Source: Lachnospiraceae bacterium
GTDB taxonomy: Bacteria; Bacillota; Clostridia; Lachnospirales; Lachnospiraceae
Length of the DNA: 64,000 nucleotides
Direction: 5' to 3'
Assembly: GCA_051888795.1 (NCBI GenBank)
Contig: JBJFCD010000199.1
Coordinates: 12,509-76,508, forward strand
This document shows, one piece after another, positions 19,718 to 29,698 of the stretch (the stretch's first letter is position 1; every line of letters starts with the position of its first letter). Below the pieces are notes generated by a model, which saw only the letters and a list, made by a program, of their open reading frames with translations, did no database searches and was not told the DNA's origin. A program made the position numbers and the translations under genes.

Positions 19718-21127
19718 ATGCAGTATATTTCAAAAGGATATTTTATGTGGGTGACATTATTCATACCACTGTATTTTGAAAATGCATATTTTAATATGCT
19801 TCAGGCAAAAGGGCATATTTATATTGTTGGCGCGGCGCTTTATTTGTTAAGCATTGCTTTTTTGTGTGTGATAAAAAAGAGTGTGAAGGATTGTCTCCCT
19901 GGTAAGAGCGTGTTAGACTGGAGCGTTTTTCTCCTGGGGATTACAGCGCTTCTTTCCTGCCTGTTGTCGGAAGATATGAAGGCTTCTTTTTGGGGCAGTA
20001 ATGGATGGTGGGTTGGAGCATTTGTGTTTTTGACTTTTGCCCTTTTTTATCAGGTTCTATCTAAAAATCTGCAATTAAATCAGAATATATGGCTTCCGGT
20101 GTTGATCGTAAATATGTTTATTTTTGTCATGGGAATATTGCATTCTGCACGAATTGATGTTTTATCTTTGCATGAAAATATATATCCAAAGCAGTATTAC
20201 TGGTATATATCTACAATTGGAAATACGAATTGGTATGTAGGGTATCTTTGTCTTATAATTCCTTTGGTACTTGTATTTTACCTTGAATGTGAGGATGTGT
20301 TTTCACGGAGAATCTATTTTGTGTTTCTGGCGTTAGCATGTATCAATATTGTGTTATGTGGGAGCGACGGAATTTATTTGGGATTTGGGATCTGCGCTTT
20401 TTTTTCTATTCCGTATATTGTTGCTGAGGAAAAAAGAGTGTGCAGAATGTTCGAAGTACTTATCTGTTATGGAGGCGGATTACTGCTTGTAAGGTTCTGC
20501 CCGGTCTTTGCGGGGAAGTTGGCTGATATAGAAGGATTGTCAAAAATATTTCTCAGACCTGCATTTTCAATTACGCTTGTTCTTGTATCGTTATGCGGAA
20601 GGATTCTTGCAAAAAAAAGATGGGGAAAACTGGATAAAAAATGTAAGAATGCAGTAACTGCTATCTTGGAAATGATGCTAGGTGTCTGTGCAGCGGTTTT
20701 CCTTTTTCGGGCAATTTGTAATTTTGGAGAAAGTTGGGGAACAAACCGAGGAAGAACATGGAAATATTGTGCAGAGTTATTTCAGACGTTTTCTGTAAAG
20801 CAAAAGTTGTTTGGAGTTGGTCCGGAGATGCTGAAAACATATTTTGAAGAGCTTTCGACACATTTTTCCAGACAGATCCTTGTAGCCCACAGTGAACTGA
20901 TGCAGCTTCTAATGACAATAGGGGTGCTGGGATTGTTATGCTGGCTCTTAATGTGGGGAAGCGTTGTAGGCAGTTATTTTAAAAATAAAATCTGGAAAAA
21001 AGGAAACATTGCATTTTTACTGCCACTAATTGCTTATCTGGGACAGTCACTGGTGAACAGTCCGCAGACTACAAATGTGGCGCTGCTATGTGTTCTTATG
21101 GCGTGTTACAGAAAAAGTGAAATATAG
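19718..21127 (+). CDS. O-antigen ligase / O-oligosaccharyltransferase-like membrane protein (Wzy_C type)
   Basis: About 12 TM helices; STIGNTNW, GTNRGRTW, FGVGP, AHSELMQLLMTIG motifs typical of the family. Confidence 0.7.
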   Translation: MQYISKGYFMWVTLFIPLYFENAYFNMLQAKGHIYIVGAALYLLSIAFLCVIKKSVKDCLPGKSVLDWSVFLLGITALLSCLLSEDMKASFWGSNGWWVGAFVFLTFALFYQVLSKNLQLNQNIWLPVLIVNMFIFVMGILHSARIDVLSLHENIYPKQYYWYISTIGNTNWYVGYLCLIIPLVLVFYLECEDVFSRRIYFVFLALACINIVLCGSDGIYLGFGICAFFSIPYIVAEEKRVCRMFEVLICYGGGLLLVRFCPVFAGKLADIEGLSKIFLRPAFSITLVLVSLCGRILAKKRWGKLDKKCKNAVTAILEMMLGVCAAVFLFRAICNFGESWGTNRGRTWKYCAELFQTFSVKQKLFGVGPEMLKTYFEELSTHFSRQILVAHSELMQLLMTIGVLGLLCWLLMWGSVVGSYFKNKIWKKGNIAFLLPLIAYLGQSLVNSPQTTNVALLCVLMACYRKSEI

Positions 21128-21186
21128 AGCCAGATTAGTGGGGAACACGTTTGGAATTTTATATAAATAAAAATCAGATAATTATG

Positions 21187-21217
21187 TCGGGGTGGATTTT
21201 GTCCACCTCGATTTTTT
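21187..21217 (+). terminator. Type-A hairpin, probable intrinsic terminator
   Basis: TCGGGGTGGA-TTTTG-TCCACCTCGA followed by a T-run. Confidence 0.7.
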
Positions 21218-21224
21218 GTCTTTC

Positions 21225-21294
21225 GTGCAAATTGTGACAAAAATGAGGTTGATTTTGCAGGAGTGATCAGTAATGAAATATTTTGTGATAAACT
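21225..21294 (+). promoter_or_regulatory. Promoter P1: putative LytTR direct repeat plus extended -10
   Basis: CAAATTGTG-12-TTGATTTTG, 31 bp gap, then TGA-TAAACT. Confidence 0.65.
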
Positions 21295-21335
21295 CAGAAT
21301 AAAGAAAACGGTAAATCTCAAAGGAGGAAAAAGGA

Positions 21336-23975
21336 ATGAAGTTTGATTTTGAAAAATCAAGATTTTCTATTAAGAAAGCAATAGTCGGATTATTAGCTTT
21401 CGTTCTGATTGCAGGGCAATCAGGGATTACATCAATGGCAGATTGGGTTGATGTTGATGGAGATGAAAGTTATAGTGAAGGAGATATTTCCGGAAATGCA
21501 TATGTTGACTGGGAGAAACGTGAAAAAAAAGCTATGCCAGGCGATAGTTGTACATTCGAAGTATCTCAAGAGGATATTGTGCTGGAAAAATATGTAAAAG
21601 ATGAAGAAGGATGGGCAGACTGGGAAAAATTTTCCGATGAAGACTGGGAAAATGTAGAACTGCAGTATCAATGGTATAAGATTAATTGGGATGAGGAGAC
21701 TGAAGAGGAGATTTATGAAAAAATATCTGGCGCGACAGAAGCATCTTACACCATTTATGATATTAAAGCAGAAGATTTTCAAGGTGAGTTTGAATGTGAA
21801 ATTTCGGTTAAATATGGTACAGATGAATCTCAAACAGCAATTGTTGATCGTTCACACTTTTGGCTGGTGCCAGATATCGGTTTTGAAGGTGTAGATGAAG
21901 ATAATGAATGCTATAAGAAAATATATACCCAGAATAAATCCGGGGTGCTTAATGTTGATGCAAAATGCACTAATGAAAAAGCAACACTTGAATATAAGTG
22001 GTATGTAGACGGTGAGGAGATTTCAGGAGCTACTTCTAATAGCTGTGAATTTAAAATAGAAGATGGTTCGTATTCGAAATCTTATGAATGTGTCGTTAAG
22101 GCAACCGTGGATGGTGTATCGAGAAGGTGTTATTATTGGTTTGACATTTACCGATATGATAATATGGGGAAATTTGCTGAAAATTCAATTATGAATGTTT
22201 CACTTCCGGGAGGGGCGCGTTATGGATATACTTTTACCCCTAGTCAGACTGATGAGTATTTTTTCTATTCGATTTCTGAAAAATCAGATACAGGAGTATA
22301 TCCTGATCCATATGCAAATTTAATTGATTCTGATGGAAATCCTGTAAAAATTCTTAAAGGTGATACGGATGATGCGAACGCTCTGGATTTCAAATTTAAA
22401 GTGGCATTAGAGGCAAATAAGACATATACATTACTTCTGAAGGCATTTAATAGTGTCGATGTAACATTTGCCGTTAAGAATGATACAGGTGAGTCTGATT
22501 TCTCTGTGACGAGTAGTTATAAAACAATTTATACGCAAGATAAAACAGGAACACTTTCTGCTAATATAAAATGTACTAACGAGAACGCAAATTTTGAGTA
22601 TCAATGGTATGAATATGTATACCATGAAGATACAGGGATTGAAGGGTTAGAAAAAATAGAAGGCGCAACATCAAAAGCTTATGAGTATAGTTTTAGTGAT
22701 GGAGAATACAATAAATATGTAAAATGTGATGTGAAAGTTACTGTAAATGGTATCTCAGAATCAACTACGGGAGAATTTAATGTATACAGATATGAAAATA
22801 AGGGCACATTTTCTGAAGATTCCAGTATGGAAATAACAGCTCCGCAGGGAACAAGTGATGGTCGCCCGGTATGCTATGGATATACCTTTACGCCTAGTCA
22901 GACAGCGGAATATACATTCTCCTCAACATCTAATAATATATCCTTAGAAGCAGCAGTACTGAATTCCAAAGGAAATAATGTTATTGGAAATGATTTCGAT
23001 TATGAATCATGGAATGATACTTGGGATGATGAAGACTGGGATGATGAAGACTGGGATGACGAAGACTGGGATGATGAAGACTGGGAAGAAGGAGATTGGG
23101 ATGATGATTTTCAGTTAAAATCAGTGCTGGTAGCAAATAAGACATATACTTTTGTTGTTTGTATTTGGAATGGTAATACTGAGAATACATTTACGGTTAC
23201 AAATACAATGGGAGACACAGTAGAGTGCCCGCATGCTGATACTTCTTTAATCGATGCAAAAGAAGCCACCTATTTTGAAGAAGGTTACACAGGAGATATC
23301 TATTGTAATGATTGTGAAACTATCATTGAAAAAGGTCAGGTAATTGCGAAAAAAGAATGTGCACATACAAACACATCTGTAGTTGATAAAAAGACGGCTA
23401 CTTGTCTGAAAGAAGGTTATACAGGAGATACTTATTGTAATGATTGTGAGACTGTGATTAAGAAAGGCGAAAAAATTGCCAAGATTCCTGCAACGATTTC
23501 TCTGAACGTAAAGGGAACAATTCCGTTGAAGGTAAAACAGTCTACAACAGCAGTGAGGGTTTCCTATGGACCTGGAGATGGTATTGCGTCATGGAAGTCC
23601 AGCAATACGAAGATTGCAACCGTTTCCTCAAAAGGAAAAATCACCGGTAAGAAAGCCGGAACAGCGAAGATTACGGTTGTGCTGAAGAGCGGAAAGAGTA
23701 AATCCTTTAATGTTAAGGTACAGAAAAAAGAAGTTGCTACGACAAAGGTTACGGTTAATTCAAAGAATGTAGTATTGAAAAAGGGTGGAAAATTCACAGT
23801 AAAAACTACGCTGGCACCGATTACTTCTGTTCAGAAAGTGAAGTATACATCCAGCAATAAGAAAGTGGCAACAGTATCTTCCAAGGGTGTAATTACTGCT
23901 AAGAAAAAAGGAACAGCAAAGATCACTGTAACATCCGGTAAGAAGAAAGTGACAATCAAAGTGACAGTGAAATAA
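21336..23975 (+). CDS. Secreted/surface protein A: two 202-aa repeats, acidic WDDED tract, two Cys/His repeats, C-terminal Big_2 Ig-like domains
   Basis: Signal peptide; repeats K.IYTQ.K.G...KCTNE offset 606 bp; C.H...EGYTGD.YCNDC x2; WKSSNTKIATVSSKGKITGKKAGTAKITV. Confidence 0.8.
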   Translation: MKFDFEKSRFSIKKAIVGLLAFVLIAGQSGITSMADWVDVDGDESYSEGDISGNAYVDWEKREKKAMPGDSCTFEVSQEDIVLEKYVKDEEGWADWEKFSDEDWENVELQYQWYKINWDEETEEEIYEKISGATEASYTIYDIKAEDFQGEFECEISVKYGTDESQTAIVDRSHFWLVPDIGFEGVDEDNECYKKIYTQNKSGVLNVDAKCTNEKATLEYKWYVDGEEISGATSNSCEFKIEDGSYSKSYECVVKATVDGVSRRCYYWFDIYRYDNMGKFAENSIMNVSLPGGARYGYTFTPSQTDEYFFYSISEKSDTGVYPDPYANLIDSDGNPVKILKGDTDDANALDFKFKVALEANKTYTLLLKAFNSVDVTFAVKNDTGESDFSVTSSYKTIYTQDKTGTLSANIKCTNENANFEYQWYEYVYHEDTGIEGLEKIEGATSKAYEYSFSDGEYNKYVKCDVKVTVNGISESTTGEFNVYRYENKGTFSEDSSMEITAPQGTSDGRPVCYGYTFTPSQTAEYTFSSTSNNISLEAAVLNSKGNNVIGNDFDYESWNDTWDDEDWDDEDWDDEDWDDEDWEEGDWDDDFQLKSVLVANKTYTFVVCIWNGNTENTFTVTNTMGDTVECPHADTSLIDAKEATYFEEGYTGDIYCNDCETIIEKGQVIAKKECAHTNTSVVDKKTATCLKEGYTGDTYCNDCETVIKKGEKIAKIPATISLNVKGTIPLKVKQSTTAVRVSYGPGDGIASWKSSNTKIATVSSKGKITGKKAGTAKITVVLKSGKSKSFNVKVQKKEVATTKVTVNSKNVVLKKGGKFTVKTTLAPITSVQKVKYTSSNKKVATVSSKGVITAKKKGTAKITVTSGKKKVTIKVTVK
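23022..23108 (+). repeat. In-frame 15-bp tandem repeat TGGGATGAYGAAGAC (WDDED) x4 plus degenerate copies
   Basis: Seen directly. Confidence 0.95.
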
Positions 23976-23994
23976 GAATAATCTGAAGGGTGTG

Positions 23995-24019
23995 TCGAGG
24001 TGGATTTTGTCCACCTCGA
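23995..24019 (+). terminator. Type-A hairpin (perfect 10-bp stem) without downstream promoter module
   Basis: TCGAGGTGGA-TTTTG-TCCACCTCGA. Confidence 0.65.
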
Positions 24020-24054
24020 TCTTGATTTTATTATTTTGTGAAGAGGTGACAATA

Positions 24055-27000
24055 ATGCGGAAACAAAACAAATTGTGTGCATTGCTATTAATAGTAGCGT
24101 TGATGGTTTCGTCGTTAACAACCTATGCATCTGAAACTACAGAAAGTTACATCAACGAAAATGAGGGAGAAAAAGTTGATGAAATTGAAGAACCTGTTTT
24201 TACTGAGTCAGATGACGAAAATGTAATTTTGTCAGATGTAGAAGAGGTTCATTTGTCGGATAAGAAAATAGTAGAGTTTGGTTCTTATCCAAAATCAAAG
24301 GTGAATGATGCAGAAGTAATTAACGTTTTAAATTCTAAGACAGTAGATAGTGATGGGAATATCGAATATAATGGTGATATATATTTAAAGATAGAAGATG
24401 GGGTATATTATGTATGGGAACCAATACAATGGTATGTAATAGACACACGTGGAGAAGAATCTACTTTATTATCAAAGAATCTAATTGATGGACGGTCAAT
24501 GGGAACAGGATTTTATGCTTCTTCATGGGAAGAATGTCCTATGCGTACTTGGCTCAATGAGGATTTTTATAGTATTGCCTTTTCAGATGAAGAAAAGAAA
24601 GGGATTCGAGCTGTTGACTTAGAAAATGACAGAGGAAATTCAACTACAGATAAAATATGGTTTTTGCAATATACAGATTATTCGAATAATATGTACGGAT
24701 TTTATGGAAACAGTGATAGAGTATGTGAATCTACGGATTACGCTAAATATAAAGGCAATTTTTATTATTTTACTCGCAGTACTTTTACTTTTGTAGTGAG
24801 TTTTTGGAGAGGTTATATAAGTGGAACAGGAGCATTGGTATCTCAATTGACAGGACAAGAATCATATGGGGTTAGACCAGCGGTATGTGTAGATAACTCT
24901 GTATTGGATGGAAGTACAAAAGAAAAGGAACCAGAAAATGGAAATATCCTTTGTTTTACATCTCTTGTAAATAAGATAACTCGCAATGCAGATGGTGATA
25001 TAACGGTTCCTGTTGAAGTGTCTTTAACGGACGGTACAGAAGCTCCGGATAATTTGCAAATCATTGCGTATGTTAATCACGACAAAAAAAGTGAAAAACG
25101 TCTTAAAGTAAAAAATGGAGTGATACAGATTCCACTATATGCAGGAGAATGGAGTGAAGGGGATAATGAGCTCTCCTTCCAATGTACGGTTGAAGGGTAT
25201 TCTGTAGAAGATAAAGATTCAACTGTGAATATACATACAAAAGAGTTATCGTATAAAGAAACTTTGGATATGGATTTATCATTTAAATTTGATGGAAAAC
25301 TTGCCAGTATCCTGGGGCTTGGTATAGGAGCCACAACTGGAACAGTCATGGAAATTGATAATGATGATGGCGATATTACATTATCTATGCAAAATACAGC
25401 GGAAGTAAATGGTAAGGCAACAACAGGCATTACTGTACAATCAGATGAATTAAAAGCTTTTAAGAGTGGAGTATCATCTACAAAGAATTTGTCTGGAACA
25501 AATACGACAACAATGACTATTGAAAATTTTGATCCGGATTTGAGCAAAGATGAGCAGATGGGGGCTATCGGATGTTTTATGTTAAAAGGAATATCTGACA
25601 AAATTGGTGATGTAACGTCTTCTGAATTAGACAAGCTTTACTATGATATGTATGGAACAAGAATTACAAGTTTGGAAACAGAAAAGGAAAGCCTCAAATT
25701 TACACTGGACGTAAACGAAAACTCAACTGCAAGCGGAAAGTTAGGGGATAGTTCATATAGTCTTACAACAGCGGGAGCGAAAATTACATTTTCTAACAGT
25801 ATTAATAAAGATTTGTCATCAGGGAATGTTACATATGGTACATCAGCTGGACAGAAAGATGGAGGAATTTTAATAAAAGGAGATTGGCTTTTTGGAGTAG
25901 GGTCGGTTATTTACGAAAGCAGTAAAAATGCATCTTCCCATGAAATACAGGTTCAGACAAATGGTGGTGAAGTACAGGGAGTTTCAGTAAAAGGGGAAAC
26001 AAATACATCTGATAAAATATCCGCAACTTCAGTCAAAACAACGAATAGTTCAAAAGTATCTTTTAAAGATGATGCAGCAAAATCAATCGTTAATGATAGC
26101 GATGATCTTAAAAACCTTATTAATTTGAAAAAAAGACTTTTTTCGCAAACAGACATAAAGAATGCGTATAATTCTTTATGGGAATCTGATTATATTGGAG
26201 AATACAAAAAAAACAAATCATATGAATCTGGTATTGAGTTATATGTAGATGGAGATGTCCCTAATACGAAAGGACAAGGTATTGAGTTATCATATTCAGG
26301 AACAAAAAAATACGATTTTGAAGTAGGACAAGGAGTACTTTACAAAGGTAATTATTATGATGTAATTGACAATAGTGATAATTTTCCTGATGGAAAGACA
26401 TGGAATCTCGGATATTCTGCACCGGCGATGTTAGCATTAGGAGTAGATGGATTGAGTGATTTTTTAAATGATGTTATTTTATATGAAATAGGAAAAGTAT
26501 CAGATGGTGTTAAAAGTAATGCTGCTTCAGTTTGGGGAAATATAAAAAATGGATGGAATGCAACAATTGCATCGGTACAGTCACCACTATTGTCAACTAA
26601 ATCATCAAAATCAATGAATGTACTTTCTGTAGATGAAGATTCTTTGGAAGAAAAAAATTCGGGAATGAATACAGTAACAATAGGAGATGCATATAGTGTA
26701 AGGATATATACCGATGAATCTCAAACTATTGAATTGACGACTGAAGAACTTTTGTCAAATGAGCCCATTTATTTATCATTGGAATATACAGAAGAAGATA
26801 TTCAGAATCTTGGACTGACAGAGGAAGAAATGGATAAAATAGCCATTTTTTATTGGGATGTTGAAAAGAAATTGTATAGGCGTTTAAACGATTCTGAAAT
26901 TGACATAGATACTAAAAAGGTTACTGCCCGCGTAATTGGAAATGGAGAATATATATTGGCAGTTGATACAGATGAACCTATTGTTACATCTTTTGAAGTT

Positions 27001-28092
27001 TCTGATGAAACAGAAAATCCGATTATGTTGGCAAATGTTAGTGATTTCTCAGGAATTAGTGGATGTACATTATTTATTGATGATATTGAAATGATTAATA
27101 ATGAAAATTATAAGGAATATTATGACGAATCTCTTGGATTGATTGAATATAAAGTAAATGAACCTTTAGAAGAAGGGAAACATACGGCTTCTATTTCGTT
27201 TATAGATTCAACTGGAAATGGCATGAGCAAGCCTGTAACAATTGAATGGACTGTAGATGTGGAGAAACCGGAAATTTCAGAAATAGAGATTCCCAATAGT
27301 ATAGGTGATGAAGAAAAATTTACAATTTCTGTTAATGTTAATGATGATAATTTAAAACATGTGTATGTAAGAATTATGGATGATGCTGATTCTGCTATTT
27401 ATGAAATGGAAAAAGGTGATGACGGATGGTATGTAATAATTAATAGTGGCAATCTAAATAAAAAAGTAGAAGTTGTAATTATTGCTGTAGATGAAGCTGG
27501 AAATAAAACGGAAAGTAAACCAAAAGAAATAATAATTAATAAGAAAGATGATAAAACTTCTAATAGTGTAAAATTAACGAAAATTAAGCTTTCTGGTCTT
27601 TCGAAACAAATTGCAGCAGGCAAAAAAATTAAACTGACGGCAAGTGTTCTTCCGTCTAACGCAACAAATAAAGCTATAACATGGAAATCCAGTAATACGA
27701 AGGTTGCTACAGTTACTCAGTCAGGTGTTGTTACGATGAAGAAAGGATCCGGCGGCAAATCGGTTACGATCACAGCAACGGCAAAAGATGGAAGTGGTGT
27801 AAAAGCAACTTACAAGATTAAATCCATGAAAGGAGTTGTAAAAAAGGTTTCCATTTCCGGAAGCAAGTCTGTAAAAGCAGGAAAATCATTGAAATTAAAG
27901 GCGAAAGTGACAGCTACAAAGAGTGCGAATAAGAAACTGAAGTGGACAAGTAGCAATACAAAGTATGCTAAGGTAAGCAATTCCGGAAAAGTGACAACAT
28001 ATAAGGCGGGAAAAGGAAAGAAAGTTAAGATTACTGCAATGGCGACGGATGGAAGCGGAAAGAAAAAGACTGTGACGATTAAGATTAAATAA
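24055..28092 (+). CDS. Secreted/surface protein B: DUF6273-like domain, unknown central region, Ig-like domains, two C-terminal Big_2
   Basis: Signal peptide; EFGSYP..EPIQWYVI..WEECPMRTWLN..GVRPA; Big_2 tail; ATG 24055 after GAGGTG. Confidence 0.75.
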   Translation: MRKQNKLCALLLIVALMVSSLTTYASETTESYINENEGEKVDEIEEPVFTESDDENVILSDVEEVHLSDKKIVEFGSYPKSKVNDAEVINVLNSKTVDSDGNIEYNGDIYLKIEDGVYYVWEPIQWYVIDTRGEESTLLSKNLIDGRSMGTGFYASSWEECPMRTWLNEDFYSIAFSDEEKKGIRAVDLENDRGNSTTDKIWFLQYTDYSNNMYGFYGNSDRVCESTDYAKYKGNFYYFTRSTFTFVVSFWRGYISGTGALVSQLTGQESYGVRPAVCVDNSVLDGSTKEKEPENGNILCFTSLVNKITRNADGDITVPVEVSLTDGTEAPDNLQIIAYVNHDKKSEKRLKVKNGVIQIPLYAGEWSEGDNELSFQCTVEGYSVEDKDSTVNIHTKELSYKETLDMDLSFKFDGKLASILGLGIGATTGTVMEIDNDDGDITLSMQNTAEVNGKATTGITVQSDELKAFKSGVSSTKNLSGTNTTTMTIENFDPDLSKDEQMGAIGCFMLKGISDKIGDVTSSELDKLYYDMYGTRITSLETEKESLKFTLDVNENSTASGKLGDSSYSLTTAGAKITFSNSINKDLSSGNVTYGTSAGQKDGGILIKGDWLFGVGSVIYESSKNASSHEIQVQTNGGEVQGVSVKGETNTSDKISATSVKTTNSSKVSFKDDAAKSIVNDSDDLKNLINLKKRLFSQTDIKNAYNSLWESDYIGEYKKNKSYESGIELYVDGDVPNTKGQGIELSYSGTKKYDFEVGQGVLYKGNYYDVIDNSDNFPDGKTWNLGYSAPAMLALGVDGLSDFLNDVILYEIGKVSDGVKSNAASVWGNIKNGWNATIASVQSPLLSTKSSKSMNVLSVDEDSLEEKNSGMNTVTIGDAYSVRIYTDESQTIELTTEELLSNEPIYLSLEYTEEDIQNLGLTEEEMDKIAIFYWDVEKKLYRRLNDSEIDIDTKKVTARVIGNGEYILAVDTDEPIVTSFEVSDETENPIMLANVSDFSGISGCTLFIDDIEMINNENYKEYYDESLGLIEYKVNEPLEEGKHTASISFIDSTGNGMSKPVTIEWTVDVEKPEISEIEIPNSIGDEEKFTISVNVNDDNLKHVYVRIMDDADSAIYEMEKGDDGWYVIINSGNLNKKVEVVIIAVDEAGNKTESKPKEIIINKKDDKTSNSVKLTKIKLSGLSKQIAAGKKIKLTASVLPSNATNKAITWKSSNTKVATVTQSGVVTMKKGSGGKSVTITATAKDGSGVKATYKIKSMKGVVKKVSISGSKSVKAGKSLKLKAKVTATKSANKKLKWTSSNTKYAKVSNSGKVTTYKAGKGKKVKITAMATDGSGKKKTVTIKIK
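27677..28087 (+). repeat. 411-bp direct repeat identical by eye to 37344-37754 (Big_2 anchor); similarity continues through the terminator and promoter to about 28220
   Basis: Visual comparison; offset 9667. Confidence 0.9.
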
Positions 28093-28111
28093 TTTCAAAA
28101 AAAAGAGGTGA

Positions 28112-28143
28112 AAAGGGTGTGCGTCGAAAGATGCATACCCTTT
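28112..28143 (+). terminator. Type-B hairpin, probable terminator
   Basis: AAAGGGTGTGCGTC-GAAA-GATGCATACCCTTT. Confidence 0.7.
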
Positions 28144-28153
28144 CTAATCTCCT

Positions 28154-28223
28154 GTGCAAATTGTGGCAAAAATGAGGATAATTATGCTGTAAAAAAAATC
28201 AAAAGTAAATCATGTGGTACAAT
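28154..28223 (+). promoter_or_regulatory. Promoter P2: putative LytTR direct repeat plus extended -10
   Basis: CAAATTGTG-12-ATAATTATG, 31 bp gap, TGG-TACAAT. Confidence 0.65.
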
Positions 28224-28254
28224 GATTACAAAACTATTAAATGGGGTGGCAATT

Positions 28255-28771
28255 ATGTGTGGGAGAATTTATTCTAAAAGAAGAATGTTTTTAACTTTAA
28301 TCATTATGGCATGATTAAATCCTATGATATTTACATAAATAAGAAAGTGTTTCTATCTATAATACCCAGCACGAGAGAGGACGATACATTTTCACCGAGA
28401 GCCGCAATTTATAGATATAAGGGAAAAAAGCGTGTTCTTTGGGAGGCATTACCTTTAATTTGATTTACAAATATAGTAAAGGTAAATCAGTACAAAATGC
28501 GACAAAGATATTCTATAGTAGCTGGTCAGGACAATATGGTTTGCCTGCTAATCGTTCGATGACAGTTTATAATTCACCAAATTCTGGTAAAAAGGTTAAA
28601 ACAGTGGTAAAAGGGCAGATGATTACAATTGATAAATTATATATTAATTCAAAGTGTACAGTCATTTATTTGCATGTGAAATTGCAAAGTGGGAAGACAG
28701 GCTGGGAAAAAGGATTGAAAGATACTTTTACTGAAAATAAAATGTTTCAAGAAGTTGAGTATGCCAGATAA
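28255..28771 (+). pseudogene. Fragmented gene for a secreted protein with an SH3-like C-terminus
   Basis: RBS GGGGTGG and ATG 28255 give a truncated signal peptide (stop 28314); second fragment 28311-28463 and third 28439-28771 are in different frames. Confidence 0.55.
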
Positions 28772-28804
28772 ATACTAATATGAAAAAAACAAGGAGGATA
28801 CAAA

Positions 28805-29488
28805 ATGAAGTTAAAAAGGATGTTGCCATTTTTTATTCTGATTGGGAGTCTGCTTCTGATAAGCTGTTCAAGTGATTCTGCTTTAAAAGAAAACTCATCA
28901 GAAGAGCAACAAAACATTGAACAAACTGAAGAATCTAATGAGAATGAAGTTGAGACTGATACGGAAGAAGAGGCTGAGAATACAGAAGATAATAACAATG
29001 TTGAGAATCAGGGAAATGATACCGAAAAGAATCAGGAATCTTCTATGTCTGAATTTGACAAAAAGATAGAAGAAATACGTCAGAATTATGATGAAATAAA
29101 AAATAATCTTTCAAAAATGCAAAAATTTGATGCGGGAGAAGTTGTGCAATATTTGCAAAACGATAAGATTAGAAAGATAGTTGCACCTCCGGGGACATAT
29201 GATCAGATGGATGGTTATGGTGATCTTGAAGATTATACAGCAGAGTATTATTATACGAAAGATGAAAGACCTGTGTTTGTATTTGTATATAATAAAAAAG
29301 AACAATATCGATTTTATATACAGGTAAGCGAAGAAACTATGTCAAAATGTATTCGGTATATTGATGAAAACGGTGTTGTTCATGATTATCCGGAAGGTAA
29401 GGCTGTAGATGAGATTGAGGAAATTTCAAAAGTAGGCGGATTCTTTATGCTGGCGTATCAGGAATTACACTGGGCAGGACGATTATAG
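28805..29488 (+). CDS. Lipoprotein with acidic linker and uncharacterised C-terminal domain
   Basis: Lipobox LISC; E/N-rich spacer; domain shared with 37921-38694. Confidence 0.8.
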   Translation: MKLKRMLPFFILIGSLLLISCSSDSALKENSSEEQQNIEQTEESNENEVETDTEEEAENTEDNNNVENQGNDTEKNQESSMSEFDKKIEEIRQNYDEIKNNLSKMQKFDAGEVVQYLQNDKIRKIVAPPGTYDQMDGYGDLEDYTAEYYYTKDERPVFVFVYNKKEQYRFYIQVSEETMSKCIRYIDENGVVHDYPEGKAVDEIEEISKVGGFFMLAYQELHWAGRL

Positions 29489-29549
29489 TAGAGGTTCTTG
29501 ATCAAAAAGAAGAGGGAGCACAAAAAGGCTAAAATAGGTTGATTTTTTC

Positions 29550-29577
29550 GAGGTGGATTTTGTCCACCTCATTTTTT
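29550..29577 (+). terminator. Type-A hairpin, probable terminator
   Basis: GAGGTGGA-TTTTG-TCCACCTC followed by ATTTTTT. Confidence 0.7.
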
Positions 29578-29584
29578 CTCTCCT

Positions 29585-29654
29585 GTGCAAATTGTGACAA
29601 AAATCATGTCGATTTTGAAACAGGCAGCAGTATGAGAGGGATATATGGTAAAAT
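29585..29654 (+). promoter_or_regulatory. Promoter P3: putative LytTR direct repeat plus extended -10
   Basis: CAAATTGTG-12-TCGATTTTG, 31 bp gap, TGG-TAAAAT. Confidence 0.65.
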
Positions 29655-29698
29655 TGAGATAAATTTATAGAACGGGAAAAGTCGATGGGAGGAGAAAA

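Noticed and set aside
28108-28314. 68-aa ORF as a real gene
   Set aside because: Its 5' two-thirds overlap the terminator and promoter P2; only the part from ATG 28255 has an RBS and is treated as a pseudogene fragment
29592-29607. CRP/FNR-like TGTGA-N6-TCAxx site
   Set aside because: The right half is not conserved in the other three promoter copies; the direct-repeat model fits all four
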